64,000 nt of DNA from Alphaproteobacteria bacterium (GTDB taxonomy: Bacteria > Pseudomonadota > Alphaproteobacteria > Methylaequorales > Methylaequoraceae), in assembly GCA_045563025.1 (NCBI GenBank), contig JBJKUS010000005.1, forward strand, positions 101,988 through 165,987, in the 5' to 3' direction. Below the pieces are notes generated by a model. It saw only the letters and a list, made by a program, of their open reading frames with translations, was not told where the DNA came from and did no database searches. Below are positions 1-10,862 of the stretch, piece by piece. Every line of letters starts with the position of its first letter. The stretch's first letter is position 1. Both the position numbers and the translations under genes were made by a program.

Positions 1-716
1 ATTTCTGATTTTCCTGATATTATTAGATCATCAAGTTCAAAAATATCATTGACAAAAAATAATTTCAAAAAATCGACTTTAAAATTTTTAGCATCAAGTT
101 CTAATGAATATTCTTTTTCAGGTGAAAAATTTATTGATACATAATTTTGAGTATTTTCAATTTCATTGAGTAATAAAAAAACTTTCTCATTTTTTATACT
201 CAAGTCAAATGCATATCTGAGGTTAACATTTGATTTATTTGAAATTTGTATTTTTGAATTAATAACTTCTATCTCATCAAAAAAATTAATAAAGGAGTAT
301 TGTTCGAATATATTTCTTTTTTTTCTAATTTCGTTAAGATTATTACTATAAGAATTCATTTCTTTATAAAAAAAAATATCAGCATCAAAAACTTTTAAGG
401 ATGTATTAAAAACTCGTTCTGAAAAGGTAAGATCTAGAGCAATTAATGTTGAGCGAAAATAAGATTGATCAATTAAAACATCTTCAATTATCATCTCAAA
501 GTTTTTTGAAGTTCTATTAAAACTTAGAAAAATATCCCCTATCTCTGTAACATCAATTTTTTTAAAAATTTTACTTTCTCTATCAAAATAATTAGTAAAA
601 TTTAATTTGATTGGTTTTATTGAAATAAATATAGTGAAAATAAAAAGGATTGTTAAAATTGATAGGAAAAAAATAGAAAAAAAAAATGATAGATTTTTTA
701 AATATTTTATTTTCAT
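1..716 (-). CDS. Hypothetical membrane-anchored protein, N-terminal part only; the 3' end of the gene runs off the window start
   Basis: Hand translation of the minus strand from ATG (716-714) gives MKIKYLKNLSFFFSIFFLSILTILFIFTIF..., an N-terminal TM helix, with no stop down to position 1. It is not in the ORF track because it lacks an in-window stop. Family unknown (AsmA/DUF-like?). Confidence 0.55.
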   Translation of the reverse strand, partial: MKIKYLKNLSFFFSIFFLSILTILFIFTIFISIKPIKLNFTNYFDRESKIFKKIDVTEIGDIFLSFNRTSKNFEMIIEDVLIDQSYFRSTLIALDLTFSERVFNTSLKVFDADIFFYKEMNSYSNNLNEIRKKRNIFEQYSFINFFDEIEVINSKIQISNKSNVNLRYAFDLSIKNEKVFLLLNEIENTQNYVSINFSPEKEYSLELDAKNFKVDFLKLFFVNDIFELDDLIISGKSE

Positions 717-774
717 ACTATTAATATTTTACTATAAATAATTTGCTAAGATATAACATATAAAAATAAATAAA

Positions 775-1236
775 ATGAAAATTGGACAAGAATTTAAAAA
801 TATTGAATTAAAAATAGATGAATCAAAATCTTTATCAGAGAATGATTTAAAAGGTAAAAGAATTGTCATTTATTTTTATCCAAAAGACGACACTCCTGGT
901 TGTACTGTTGAAGCGATTGATTTTTCATTGCTGAAAAAGAAATTTGAAAAGCTGAATACCTTAATTATTGGTATTTCAAGAGACAGTATAAAGAAACACA
1001 AGAAATTTGCTGAAAAGCATAATCTTAGTATTTTATTAGCTTCAGACGAAAGTGGATTAGTTACTGAAAGATTTGGTGTATGGGTAGAAAAATCTATGTA
1101 TGGAAAGAAATATATGGGAATCGAGAGGTCTACTTTCTTATTTGATGAAAAATTAAAGCTCATTAAAGTCTGGGAAAAAGTTAAAGTGAAAAATCACGCT
1201 GATGAGGTTTATAACTTCATTTTAGAGTCCTCTTAA
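775..1236 (+). CDS. bcp: Peroxiredoxin Bcp (thiol peroxidase, AhpC/TSA family)
   Basis: 153 aa, FYPKDDTPGCT peroxidatic-Cys motif, length typical of Bcp. Confidence 0.85.
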   Translation: MKIGQEFKNIELKIDESKSLSENDLKGKRIVIYFYPKDDTPGCTVEAIDFSLLKKKFEKLNTLIIGISRDSIKKHKKFAEKHNLSILLASDESGLVTERFGVWVEKSMYGKKYMGIERSTFLFDEKLKLIKVWEKVKVKNHADEVYNFILESS

Positions 1237-2328
1237 GAAAATTTTGTTAATTGACTTTCTAACAGCTTATCTAAATGCCCATTTAAAACACCCGATACAT
1301 CAGCAACCTCTAGGTTAGTCCTGTGGTCCTTCACCATTCTATAGGGCTGCATAACATATGATCTAATTTGATTGCCCCAGCTTATTTCACTTTTTTCAGA
1401 TCGATTCTTCCTATTTTCCTCATTTTCCTTAGAAAGCTCTATTTCATAAAGTTTTGATTTTAGCATATCCATCGCTATTGACTTATTTCTATGTTGAGAT
1501 GGCGTATTCTGACATTGAACGATTATTTTCGTTGGTAAATGTGTAATTCTCACAGCACTGTCTGTTTTATTTACATGTTGTCCGCCTGCTCCTGATGCTC
1601 TGTAAGTGTCAATTCTGATATCTTTATCAGCTATGTCAATTTTGACAGTGTTATCTACTTCAGGATAACAGAAAACTGAAGCGAAGCTTGTATGCCTCCT
1701 AGATTGTGAATCAAATGGTGAAATTCTAACTAACCTATGAACACCACTTTCTAACTTCAACCAACCATAAGTATTTTCACCACTAATTTTTATGGTTACT
1801 GATTTTAGACCAGCCTCATCTCCCACACTTTTGTCAATCAATGAAATAGAAAATTTTCTATTCTCGGCCCATCGCGTGTACATCCTTAGCAACATTTCAA
1901 CCCAATCTTGCGATTCGACACCGCCTGCACCAGAATGAATTTCTAAAATTGCATTTTTATTATCAGCTTCTCCAGACAATAATGTCTCTAGGTAAAGAGT
2001 GCCAATTTTTTTTTCATAAAGCTTTAATGCATCTTCAAGTTCAAGATAAAGACCTTTGTCTTCATTTTCATCTGTTATTTCTAATAATTCGATTGTATCT
2101 TTATAACTCAAACTTAATTCATCTATAGATTTAACAAAATTTGTTAGATAGTTTTTTTTCTTAAGATCTTTATTGATCTGCTGATGATCTTTCCAGCTAC
2201 TCTCATCTTCTAATTTATCTTCAAGACTTTTAAGTACCTCTTTAATTCTTTTTTTTTCAAACAAACCCCCTCAGGTTTTCTAAAAAAACCTTTATTTTGT
2301 TTGATATTTCAATTATCTCATATTTCAT
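1233..2328 (-). CDS. prfB: Peptide chain release factor 2, with programmed +1 ribosomal frameshift
   Basis: The body ORF (1233..2264) carries GGQ (SGAGGQHVNKT) and RF2 motifs. Upstream in the 0 frame, ATG at 2328 encodes MKYEIIEISNKIKVFLENLRGFV and ends at the motif AGGGGG-TTT-GTT-TGA-A. This is the classic prfB SD-like element plus shifty codon plus in-frame UGA. Shifting +1 at GTT-T joins it to the body frame. Confidence 0.9.
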
Positions 2329-4676
2329 TAATAAAAACCCTTTAATTGATTATTTGATTCATCAGTTTTTCGATCAAAATTTTGATCAAAGTTAAAATTA
2401 TTTTTAAAAGACTCTGTAATAAAGTTTTCGTTACTGGGGTTTCCTGAAAATAAGTCTATATTTACAAACTTTATTGATTTCGGGATATGAAATGGTTTAG
2501 GTTTTTTAATTTTGTAAGTTTTTTTCATAAAGTCTCTAAAAATCGGAGCAGCTACTCTAGAACCAGTCTCAAACTTTCCTAATGATTTTGGTACATCATA
2601 ACCCACGAAAACTCCAACAGTTATCTCAGAGTTATATCCAATGAACCAAGCATCCTGATTTTCATTTGTTGTTCCAGTTTTACCTGCAATCTGATAATCA
2701 AATTTATTTATATTTTTTGCAGTTCCTCTTTCTATTACACCCATTAAAAAAGAAGTCATCTGAAAAGCTGTCTCTTGAGAAAAAATTTTTTTTTTATCAT
2801 TTTTAATTTCAGGTAGATTAAAACTTTCAAAAGACGAGTAATTGTCTGTTTTGATATTGCATTTAATGCACCTTCTATTATCCCCATTAAAAATTATCTT
2901 ACCATTTTTATCGTATACCACATCAATCATTCTAGGTTCAACTTTATGTCCTCCACTAGAAATTGAGGAATAACCAGCAGTAATTTTAATTAAAGAGCTT
3001 TCCAAAGAACCTAGGGAGCTTGAAATTAATAGTGGAAAATTATCATAAATACCTAATTGTTTTGAAACCTTAGAAACTTTTTCCAAACCAACTTGGTCTG
3101 ACAACCTAATTGTCATTAAGTTTCTCGATTTTTCAATCCCCAATCTCAAGGTACTAAGTCCATAAAACTTATCACCATAGTTAGTGGGTCTCCAAACTCC
3201 ATCTTTTGATAGGTCATCAATTACAAAGGGAGCATCTAACACTTTACTTATTGGTGAATATCCATTCTCCAGGGCTGTTATATATACAAAAGGTTTGAAG
3301 GATGAACCAAGCTGTCTTTTTGCCTGAGTAACTCTGTTAAAAGATGAACTAGAATCATAACCACCAACCATAGCTAGAACTCTGCCTGTTTTATTTTCTA
3401 AAACCACCATTCCTCCATTAACCTTGGGAATTTGACTAAGTTCGTAATTGTTAAGTTTATCATTAAATGCTAATATGATTACATCACCTGTTTTAAATAC
3501 TTTTTTCAAATCAATCGATTTTTTTTTTAAGACTGACATTTGATCTTTATAAATTTTTATCTTTGTTTTATTTTTTAAAATAACCTCTAAGAACTCATTT
3601 TTTATACTTGTAATAATAGCTAATTCATCTTGATAAAGACCTGCCGGTACTTTGATTTTGCTAAAAAGATCTTTATTTGATTTTTTTAGGTCAATATTCA
3701 TTATTGGACCATTCCAACCATTTCTTTTTGTGTAGGATTTTAAACCATCTCTAAAAGCCTCCTCAGCAGAAAGCTGAAGACCTTCATCAAGAGTTGTCAT
3801 TATTGTTAGACCACCATCATATAGTTTGGTTTCATTAAATTTAGAAATTATCTCTCTTCTAACCTCCTCCTTGAAAAAAGAGGCATTGTCATTAAGAATC
3901 TTTTTACTTTTTGACAATTCTAGCTTCTTTTCCATCATTAAAGTATAAGTTTGCAGATCTATGTATTGCTCATCTAATAATCTCTTCAATACCCAGTTTC
4001 TTCTTTTCAATGCTCTAACTGGATTTTTATATGGATTATAAGTTGATGGAGCTTTAGGTAAAGCAGCCAACATAGCCATCTCATTTAAATCTAAATCAGA
4101 TAATGATTTATTGAAATAGTTTAACGAAGCCGACGCTATACCATATGAACCATTACCCAAATAAATTTCATTCAAGTAAAGCTCCATTATCTGTTTCTTT
4201 TCAAGAACCCTTTCCATCCTAAGCGCGATAATGATTTCCTTAATTTTTCTTTTATATGAAATTTCATTTGTTAATAAAAAATTTTTTGCAACCTGTTGAG
4301 TGATAGTAGAGGCACCTTCCAGCCTTCTATTTGTAAATGTTTTAAGAATATTTTTAAGAAAAGCTCTAACAATTCCTTTGTAGTCAATTCCTATGTGACT
4401 AAAAAAATTTATGTCTTCTGAGACCAAAAAACAATTTATCAATTCATCTGGTATTTCCTCATATTTACTAAAAACTCTATTTTCAGTAGAATAATCTTCC
4501 AGGAAATTTCCATTTGATGTAAAAATTTTTGAAACTAGTCTGGGTTGATAGTATGATAATTTGTCGAAACTTGGGAGATCTTTACCAAAAAAGTAAAAAA
4601 CAAAAATAATGACAAAAAATAAACTAAAAAAACCTATTAATGCAATATATATAAGGCTAAGTAAATTTTTAAACAT
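2328..4676 (-). CDS. mrcA: Penicillin-binding protein 1A (bifunctional glycosyltransferase/transpeptidase)
   Basis: 782 aa, N-terminal TM, GT51 motif EDINFFSHIGIDYKGIVRA, transpeptidase SSFKPF / SRN / KTGT motifs. Confidence 0.9.
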   Translation of the reverse strand: MFKNLLSLIYIALIGFFSLFFVIIFVFYFFGKDLPSFDKLSYYQPRLVSKIFTSNGNFLEDYSTENRVFSKYEEIPDELINCFLVSEDINFFSHIGIDYKGIVRAFLKNILKTFTNRRLEGASTITQQVAKNFLLTNEISYKRKIKEIIIALRMERVLEKKQIMELYLNEIYLGNGSYGIASASLNYFNKSLSDLDLNEMAMLAALPKAPSTYNPYKNPVRALKRRNWVLKRLLDEQYIDLQTYTLMMEKKLELSKSKKILNDNASFFKEEVRREIISKFNETKLYDGGLTIMTTLDEGLQLSAEEAFRDGLKSYTKRNGWNGPIMNIDLKKSNKDLFSKIKVPAGLYQDELAIITSIKNEFLEVILKNKTKIKIYKDQMSVLKKKSIDLKKVFKTGDVIILAFNDKLNNYELSQIPKVNGGMVVLENKTGRVLAMVGGYDSSSSFNRVTQAKRQLGSSFKPFVYITALENGYSPISKVLDAPFVIDDLSKDGVWRPTNYGDKFYGLSTLRLGIEKSRNLMTIRLSDQVGLEKVSKVSKQLGIYDNFPLLISSSLGSLESSLIKITAGYSSISSGGHKVEPRMIDVVYDKNGKIIFNGDNRRCIKCNIKTDNYSSFESFNLPEIKNDKKKIFSQETAFQMTSFLMGVIERGTAKNINKFDYQIAGKTGTTNENQDAWFIGYNSEITVGVFVGYDVPKSLGKFETGSRVAAPIFRDFMKKTYKIKKPKPFHIPKSIKFVNIDLFSGNPSNENFITESFKNNFNFDQNFDRKTDESNNQLKGFY

Positions 4677-4680
4677 ATAT

Positions 4681-5748
4681 CTAAATAGTATTTTTATCTT
4701 TCCATTTAAAATATTTTTTAACTGCTTTTAGTATATCATCACAAATTTTATTATGGTAATTCTTATCGTTTAAAAGTTTAGAATCTTTTAAATTTGATAG
4801 ATACCCCATTTCTATCAAAACAGACGGGATATCTAATGATTTAAGTACAGCAAATCCAGCAAATCTATGTGTCCTTTGTAATAGATTCATATCATTTTTA
4901 AATTCTTTAATCAGAAAATTAACCAAATGACTTGACTGGTTTAAAGTTTCCCTTTTTGTTAAGTCTATCAAAATGTTGGTGACTTCAGATGTTTCATCAG
5001 AAAGATCGACGTTTCCCAAAAAATCAGCTTTATTTTCTCTTCTAGCTAAAGCGGCAGCCTCTTTATCAGATGCATTTTCTGATAATGTGTAAAGAGAAAT
5101 ACCTCTCGTTCGTTTATTTCTGTTGTAATCTGCATGCAGAGAAATAAAAATGTCAGCATTGTGTTTTTTTGCTATTTTTGTTCTATCTCTGAGTTTTAAA
5201 AAAATATCTGTTTTTCTTGTTAAGATAACTTTAAAATTACTGTTATCTTCAATCTTTTTTTTTAACAACAACCCAACTGCAAGTGTTATATTTTTTTCAA
5301 GTTTTTTTCTGATTCCAACGGCTCCAGAATCCTTACCTCCATGACCAGGGTCAATTACTATTATTCTTTTTTTTTGAGTATTTCTAGAATAATCAATTAC
5401 TATTCTAGAATATTTATTTTTTTTTTTTTTTAATAAGTAAATATTAGTGTTGTGAATTGTTTGTTTAAAATTTAAAGTTAGCTTTTTTGATGATTCATTC
5501 AGAATTACATTCTCTAATGAAATATTTTTTTTTGGTCGTTTCTTTAGAAATATTTTTTTGTCAAAATTGATTTCTATTTTCTTTTTTGAAACTTTATTGT
5601 TAAACGTTACATCCTCAGAAATATCTAAAACTATCCTTTTTAAATCTGAATTAGAACCAAATCTAAAGTTTACTATTTCAGCAGAAATTAATTCATTACT
5701 AAAAAGTAAAAATATGATATAAAAAACGAATTTAATAGAAACTTTCAA
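4681..5748 (-). CDS. N-acetylmuramoyl-L-alanine amidase (Amidase_3, AmiC-like)
   Basis: Signal peptide, VIDPGHGGKDSGAVG catalytic motif, 355 aa. Confidence 0.85.
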   Translation of the reverse strand: MKVSIKFVFYIIFLLFSNELISAEIVNFRFGSNSDLKRIVLDISEDVTFNNKVSKKKIEINFDKKIFLKKRPKKNISLENVILNESSKKLTLNFKQTIHNTNIYLLKKKKNKYSRIVIDYSRNTQKKRIIVIDPGHGGKDSGAVGIRKKLEKNITLAVGLLLKKKIEDNSNFKVILTRKTDIFLKLRDRTKIAKKHNADIFISLHADYNRNKRTRGISLYTLSENASDKEAAALARRENKADFLGNVDLSDETSEVTNILIDLTKRETLNQSSHLVNFLIKEFKNDMNLLQRTHRFAGFAVLKSLDIPSVLIEMGYLSNLKDSKLLNDKNYHNKICDDILKAVKKYFKWKDKNTI

Positions 5749-5880
5749 TTTATTTAATTTTATTTTATTATACTATATATAGTAATTTTTTTTAAAAAAA
5801 ATCAATATAATGGAGTTTTTTTATTTTTTTATTAAATTTCAAAAAAAATATATAAACAAAGAATCAAAAGGGTCACAAAG

Positions 5881-7947
5881 ATGAAAAAAATATTAATTGA
5901 TGCAGGTCAAAAAGACGAAGTTAGAGTAGCTATAGTTGATGGTGAGGGTCTAGTAGATTACGAAACTGAAAAAGTTAAAAATGATAGAATTAAGGGAAAT
6001 ATTTATCTTGCTAAAATTGTAAGAGTTGAGCCCTCTCTTCAAGCAGCATTTGTTGACTACGGAGGAAACAAACATGGTTTTTTGGCCTATAATGAAATCC
6101 ACCCTGATTATTTTAAAATACCAACAGCCGATAAAAAAAAACTTTTAGAGCAGGAGTTAGAGGAATCAAAACAAATTACAATAAATGAAGATGATGAAGA
6201 GTTCTTTGATGAAAACTTTCAAGAAAATCAAGAAAGTTTAAAAAAAAAACAATTGCATAATCAAAAAGGTTTTTTATCAAAAGTTTTTGATTTCTTTAAT
6301 TATAAGCCAATTGATGATTTCGCTAGTCCGAAAACAAGAAAAAAAAGAAATTTTAAAACTCAAAACAACAAAAGTAAAGCTGTTATATTTCATAGAAAAT
6401 ACAGTATTCAAGAAGTAATTAAAAGTAACCAAGTTATATTAATTCAAGTAGTTAAAGAAGAAAGAGGTAATAAAGGTGCGGCAGTAACCACAAGACTTTC
6501 ATTGGCTGGAAAGTATTGTGTTTTGATGCCAAATACCAATAAAGGTGGAGGAATCTCAAGAAAAATAATTGAATTAAAATTGAGAAAAAAACTAAAGGAT
6601 GTCGTTAGCAAACTTAAAATAAATAAAGGAATGGGAGTTATAATAAGAACTGCTGGGCAATCAATGGGATTAAAAGAAATTAAAAGAGATTACAATTCAC
6701 TTATAAAGTTATGGAATGAAATCACCTCTAAAACAATTAAGTCTAACGCACCTTGTCTCATACATGAGGAAGATAACTTAATTAAAAGGTGCCTTAGAGA
6801 TTATTTTGACTCAACGTATGATGAGATTTTAATAAATGATAAAAAAACTCTTGTAAAGTGTAAAGAGATAGTCAAACAATTTATGCCTCAATCAATAAAA
6901 TTTCTCAAACAATACAAAGATAAAAAACCACTTTTTTTTAAATTTGGAATAGAAAAAAAAATAATTGATATTAATAATCCAGTCGTAAATCTTAAATCAG
7001 GAGGATACTTAGTTATAAACCAGACTGAGGCACTTGTTGCAATAGATATTAATTCAGGAAAATTTACAAAACAAAGAAATATTGAGGATACAGCATTCAA
7101 AACTAATTTAGAAGCGGCAGAAGAAATCAGCAGACAACTAAGAATTAGAGACCTTGCTGGACTAATTGTTATAGATTTCATCGATATGCTAGACAGAAAT
7201 CACAACTATAAAGTTGAAAAAAAGTTAAAAGATTTTGTAAAAAATGACAGAGCTAGAATACAAATTGGAAGAATAAGTAACTTTGGCTTGCTGGAATTAT
7301 CTAGACAAAGATTAAAAGTTACAGCTGAGGAACAAATTTCTGTAAAATGTGATCATTGCAATGGTTCAGGCAGTAATCTAACAAGTGATTTTTTGATTAC
7401 ACAAATAATGAGAACATATTCAGAGGTTTCATATGATAAACCTAAAGATAAAATATATATATTTTGTAACAATATCCTTAGCAATAAAATCATAGAGATT
7501 AAACAGAAGAAAAAACTTCGTGATGATCAGTTAAGGATAAAGACTTTAGATAGTTTGAGGAGTCAAGACTTTCTTCTTTGCAAAGAAAATGAAATTATAG
7601 TTAAAAACTGTCATATTAATATTGACATTGAAGAAATAAATAAAACTATTAGAACAAAAAAACAACGTAATGAGTTATCTAAAAACAATGAATTAGAAAA
7701 AAAGAGTATCTCAAAAGAGAGAAAAATCTTAGAGACTGAAGAAGATTCTACTAATAAAAAGACCGTTGAAGACAAAAAAAGAAAAAGTTATAGAGCCAAA
7801 GCAATAGATTATAGTCAAACAAAGTTAGCGAAAAATTTGAGTAAAAAACCAAAATCGTCAGAAAATATTGAAATTGTAAATCAAAATATTGAGATTATTA
7901 AAAAACGAAAAAAAGACGAAAAGCGTCATGGCTGGTGGAATCAATAA
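5881..7947 (+). CDS. rne: Ribonuclease E/G family endoribonuclease (RNase E)
   Basis: S1 domain (GNIYLAKIVRVEPSLQAAFVDYG), DNase I-like catalytic region (VIDFIDM), Zn-link CDHCNGSG, K/E-rich C-terminal tail. Confidence 0.85.
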   Translation: MKKILIDAGQKDEVRVAIVDGEGLVDYETEKVKNDRIKGNIYLAKIVRVEPSLQAAFVDYGGNKHGFLAYNEIHPDYFKIPTADKKKLLEQELEESKQITINEDDEEFFDENFQENQESLKKKQLHNQKGFLSKVFDFFNYKPIDDFASPKTRKKRNFKTQNNKSKAVIFHRKYSIQEVIKSNQVILIQVVKEERGNKGAAVTTRLSLAGKYCVLMPNTNKGGGISRKIIELKLRKKLKDVVSKLKINKGMGVIIRTAGQSMGLKEIKRDYNSLIKLWNEITSKTIKSNAPCLIHEEDNLIKRCLRDYFDSTYDEILINDKKTLVKCKEIVKQFMPQSIKFLKQYKDKKPLFFKFGIEKKIIDINNPVVNLKSGGYLVINQTEALVAIDINSGKFTKQRNIEDTAFKTNLEAAEEISRQLRIRDLAGLIVIDFIDMLDRNHNYKVEKKLKDFVKNDRARIQIGRISNFGLLELSRQRLKVTAEEQISVKCDHCNGSGSNLTSDFLITQIMRTYSEVSYDKPKDKIYIFCNNILSNKIIEIKQKKKLRDDQLRIKTLDSLRSQDFLLCKENEIIVKNCHINIDIEEINKTIRTKKQRNELSKNNELEKKSISKERKILETEEDSTNKKTVEDKKRKSYRAKAIDYSQTKLAKNLSKKPKSSENIEIVNQNIEIIKKRKKDEKRHGWWNQ

Positions 7948-9104
7948 TTCTTCAACAACCAAACTTTTAACTTCTTAATACCTTGCTCAACTAATTTTCC
8001 GTTACCAGAAAAAGCAAGCCTGAGATAATTGGAACCATTTTTTTTATCAAAGTCTATTCCTGGTGTTAAAACTACTCCAGTTTCAGAAAGAATTTTTTCT
8101 GATAGTTCTATTGAATTCATTCCTAGTTTACTAGTATTAATATAAAAATAAAAAGCTCCTTTTGGTTTTTTGAAACTTATCTTTTCAATCGTGGATAACT
8201 CTGCGTTTATGAAATCTAGATTTTTTTGATATTCTTTTACTATATTGTCAAAATATTGAGTATGGTTGAATACATCTAAAGCAGAATACTGAGCTATATT
8301 GCCAGAGGAAATAAAAAGATTTTGGGCTAACTTAAGAAAATTATCTTTGATTTCAATTGGGACAATAGCCCATCCTAGTCGCCACCCAGGCATACAAAAA
8401 TATTTTGAAAAGCTATTAATTACAATCGTTTTCGGACCAAAATTTAGCATTGTTTTAGAATTTTTTGAATATTCAATTCTATGGTAAATTTCATCAGAAA
8501 TAATGACTATTTTATTTTTTTCACAGAATTCATATAAATATTTTAATTCATTTTCAGAAAAAACCTGTCCATTTGGGTTATTAGGGTTTGATATTACTAA
8601 GCCATCAAGGTGACTAAATTTTTCAACCATACTAATTTCAATAGTATCTGTAGCATTGGATGGTGGATAAATTTCAACAATTTCAATATTTAATGATTTT
8701 AAAATATTTCTATAGGCTGGATAAACTGGATTAAATATCCCAACTTTTTTTCCTGGATCAAAAACCGACATAAAACTAAGCAAAAAAGCCCCGGATGAAC
8801 CTGTTGTAATAAATATTTGTTCTGGATTAATTTTGATTTTATAGTTCTTTTCATAGAAGTAAGATATATTTTTTCTTAATTTTAATATACCATTCGAAGC
8901 TGTGTACCCTGAAACATTTGAGCTTATGAGCATATTTATTTTTTTCTTTATAGGCCCAGGTGTGCTCTCTATTGGTTCACCTAACTCAAAATGAAATATT
9001 TCTTTCCCTTTTTTTTCAAGCTCTGATGCCTTTTCTAATAAGCTCATAACGTAAAAAGAGTCAACTTTTGATCTAACTGAAGGTAAATAAATTTTATTAT
9101 TCAT
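7941..9104 (-). CDS. PLP-dependent aminotransferase, class I/II
   Basis: 387 aa, SFSKYFCMPGWRLGW lysine-containing motif typical of AAT-fold aminotransferases. Substrate is not assignable from sequence. Confidence 0.75.
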   Translation of the reverse strand: MNNKIYLPSVRSKVDSFYVMSLLEKASELEKKGKEIFHFELGEPIESTPGPIKKKINMLISSNVSGYTASNGILKLRKNISYFYEKNYKIKINPEQIFITTGSSGAFLLSFMSVFDPGKKVGIFNPVYPAYRNILKSLNIEIVEIYPPSNATDTIEISMVEKFSHLDGLVISNPNNPNGQVFSENELKYLYEFCEKNKIVIISDEIYHRIEYSKNSKTMLNFGPKTIVINSFSKYFCMPGWRLGWAIVPIEIKDNFLKLAQNLFISSGNIAQYSALDVFNHTQYFDNIVKEYQKNLDFINAELSTIEKISFKKPKGAFYFYINTSKLGMNSIELSEKILSETGVVLTPGIDFDKKNGSNYLRLAFSGNGKLVEQGIKKLKVWLLKNY

Positions 9105-9141
9105 ATAATGTAATATTTTAATATATATTTATATTTTAAAT

Positions 9142-10446
9142 ATGAGATTATTAAAATTATTTTTATTTCTTTGTTTGTTTTCTTATAATGTCAAATCGGC
9201 GGGTCTTAATGTAATTAGAGACGCAGAAACAGAAAGTCTTTTTAAAGAAATTGCTGTGGAGCTAATGAAGGGTTCAAAGTTCGATGCAAAGCAGATAAGT
9301 TTTTTCATAGATAACCAAGATTACATAAATGCTTTTGTTGTACCTGGTCAAAAAATATTTCTTACTACACAATTAATAATCCAAAGTAAAAGAATAGACG
9401 ATTTAGCTGGGGTTATTGGACATGAAATTGGTCATATTGTCGGCGGTCATTTTTCTAAAAGAATGAGAATGACAGAAAAAACATCAATGATTAATATAAT
9501 TTCTTCAATTTTAGCAGCTGGTGCACTTGCAGTTGGGGCTGGTCCAGCTGGAACAGCAATTTTATTAGGAGCTCAAAATCTAGGAACAGGAAAATTACTT
9601 TCTTTTTCAAGAACTCAAGAATCCTTGGCTGATCAAACTGCTATTAGACTTATGAAAAAATCTGGTTTCTCGTTAGACGGTATGCTCAATATTTTTAAAA
9701 TCCTAGAAAGAAATGAAAGTCTAAAAAAAATTAACCCTTATTTCTTAACACACCCTTTATCAAGTGAGAGAAAAAAGGTAATTAAATTAAATCTACTCAA
9801 TCAAAACATAAAGGAATTCCATACATTAAATGCTAAATTTTCACTTGTAAAAGCAAAAGTTAATGGATTTTTTTTAGAGGAAGAAGAATTAAATGTTCTT
9901 TATCCATCGTTAAGTACTATTGAAAGTTTGTATGCCTTTTCATTCAGAAATTATAAAATAGGTAAGATAGGAGACGCTATAAATTTAATTAATGAATGTA
10001 TTAAAATTGATAGAGAAAATGCTTATTTTTATGAACTAAAAGGTCAGATTCTTTTTGAAAGTGGCAAAACATTTGAATCAATCAAAGCTTTTAGAAAAGC
10101 AAAAGAACTTAAACCCGATGAAAAAAGTTTTAATCTTTTTCTTGCAAAGTCTCTTTACCACTCAGAAAAAGATAGTTTTCTAAATGAGTCAATAAAACTA
10201 CTATGGAATTACATAAAAAATGACGATTTTCCATATGAGGCCTGGCATTATTTAGGATTAAATTATGGAAAAAAAAAGAAATTTGACTTGTCATCATACG
10301 CTCTAGCCGAAAAATATTTGTTAGTTAATGAATTTAAAAATGCTAAAATACATATAAAAAGAGTTAAGAAAATTTCTAAAGATAGAGTTTTACTCAATAA
10401 AATTTTAGATCTTGAACAAGAAATAAAAAAAAGAGAGAATCAATGA
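9142..10446 (+). CDS. Periplasmic M48 zinc metalloprotease with TPR repeats (BepA/YfgC-like)
   Basis: Signal peptide, HEIGHIVGGH (HExxH) motif, C-terminal TPR-like region. Confidence 0.7.
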   Translation: MRLLKLFLFLCLFSYNVKSAGLNVIRDAETESLFKEIAVELMKGSKFDAKQISFFIDNQDYINAFVVPGQKIFLTTQLIIQSKRIDDLAGVIGHEIGHIVGGHFSKRMRMTEKTSMINIISSILAAGALAVGAGPAGTAILLGAQNLGTGKLLSFSRTQESLADQTAIRLMKKSGFSLDGMLNIFKILERNESLKKINPYFLTHPLSSERKKVIKLNLLNQNIKEFHTLNAKFSLVKAKVNGFFLEEEELNVLYPSLSTIESLYAFSFRNYKIGKIGDAINLINECIKIDRENAYFYELKGQILFESGKTFESIKAFRKAKELKPDEKSFNLFLAKSLYHSEKDSFLNESIKLLWNYIKNDDFPYEAWHYLGLNYGKKKKFDLSSYALAEKYLLVNEFKNAKIHIKRVKKISKDRVLLNKILDLEQEIKKRENQ

Positions 10447-10862
10447 AAAAGATTTTAGTAATAAATGGTCCAAATCTAAACTTGCTAGGCACCAGAGAAC
10501 CAGATATTTACGGTAAAAAAACCTTAAATGATATTGAAGAAGAGTGCAAAAAAGAATTTAAGAATATTAAAATAATTTTTACTCAAAGTAATTCAGAAAG
10601 TGAAATCATAGAACTAATTCATAATACTGAGGGGTATGGTGGAATAATAATAAATGCTGGAGCATTTACCCATACTTCAATAGCCATTCATGACGCTCTT
10701 AAAGCAATTAAGTTACCTAAAGTAGAAGTTCACATATCAAATATTTACAACAGAGACGATTTTAGAAAAAAATCTTTTATAAGTCCTGTTGTTGATGGTA
10801 TTATTGCTGGATTTGGAACGAATGTTTATAAATTAGCAATTAATTCATTGGTGAATGGATAA
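10443..10862 (+). CDS. aroQ: 3-dehydroquinate dehydratase, type II
   Basis: 139 aa, ILVINGPNLNLLGTREPDIYG N-terminus and HISNI motif. Confidence 0.9.
   Translation: MKKILVINGPNLNLLGTREPDIYGKKTLNDIEEECKKEFKNIKIIFTQSNSESEIIELIHNTEGYGGIIINAGAFTHTSIAIHDALKAIKLPKVEVHISNIYNRDDFRKKSFISPVVDGIIAGFGTNVYKLAINSLVNG

Noticed and set aside
166-351. 61-aa plus-strand ORF
   Set aside because: It lies entirely within the continuous minus-strand coding frame 1..716. Low complexity, no motif.
876-1163. 95-aa antisense ORF inside bcp
   Set aside because: It is opposite-strand to a well-supported peroxiredoxin gene. AT-rich genomes give long spurious antisense ORFs.
5150-7181. Antisense ORFs 5150..5344(+) and 6888..7181(-)
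   Set aside because: They are embedded in the amidase and RNase E genes respectively. They have no domain signatures.
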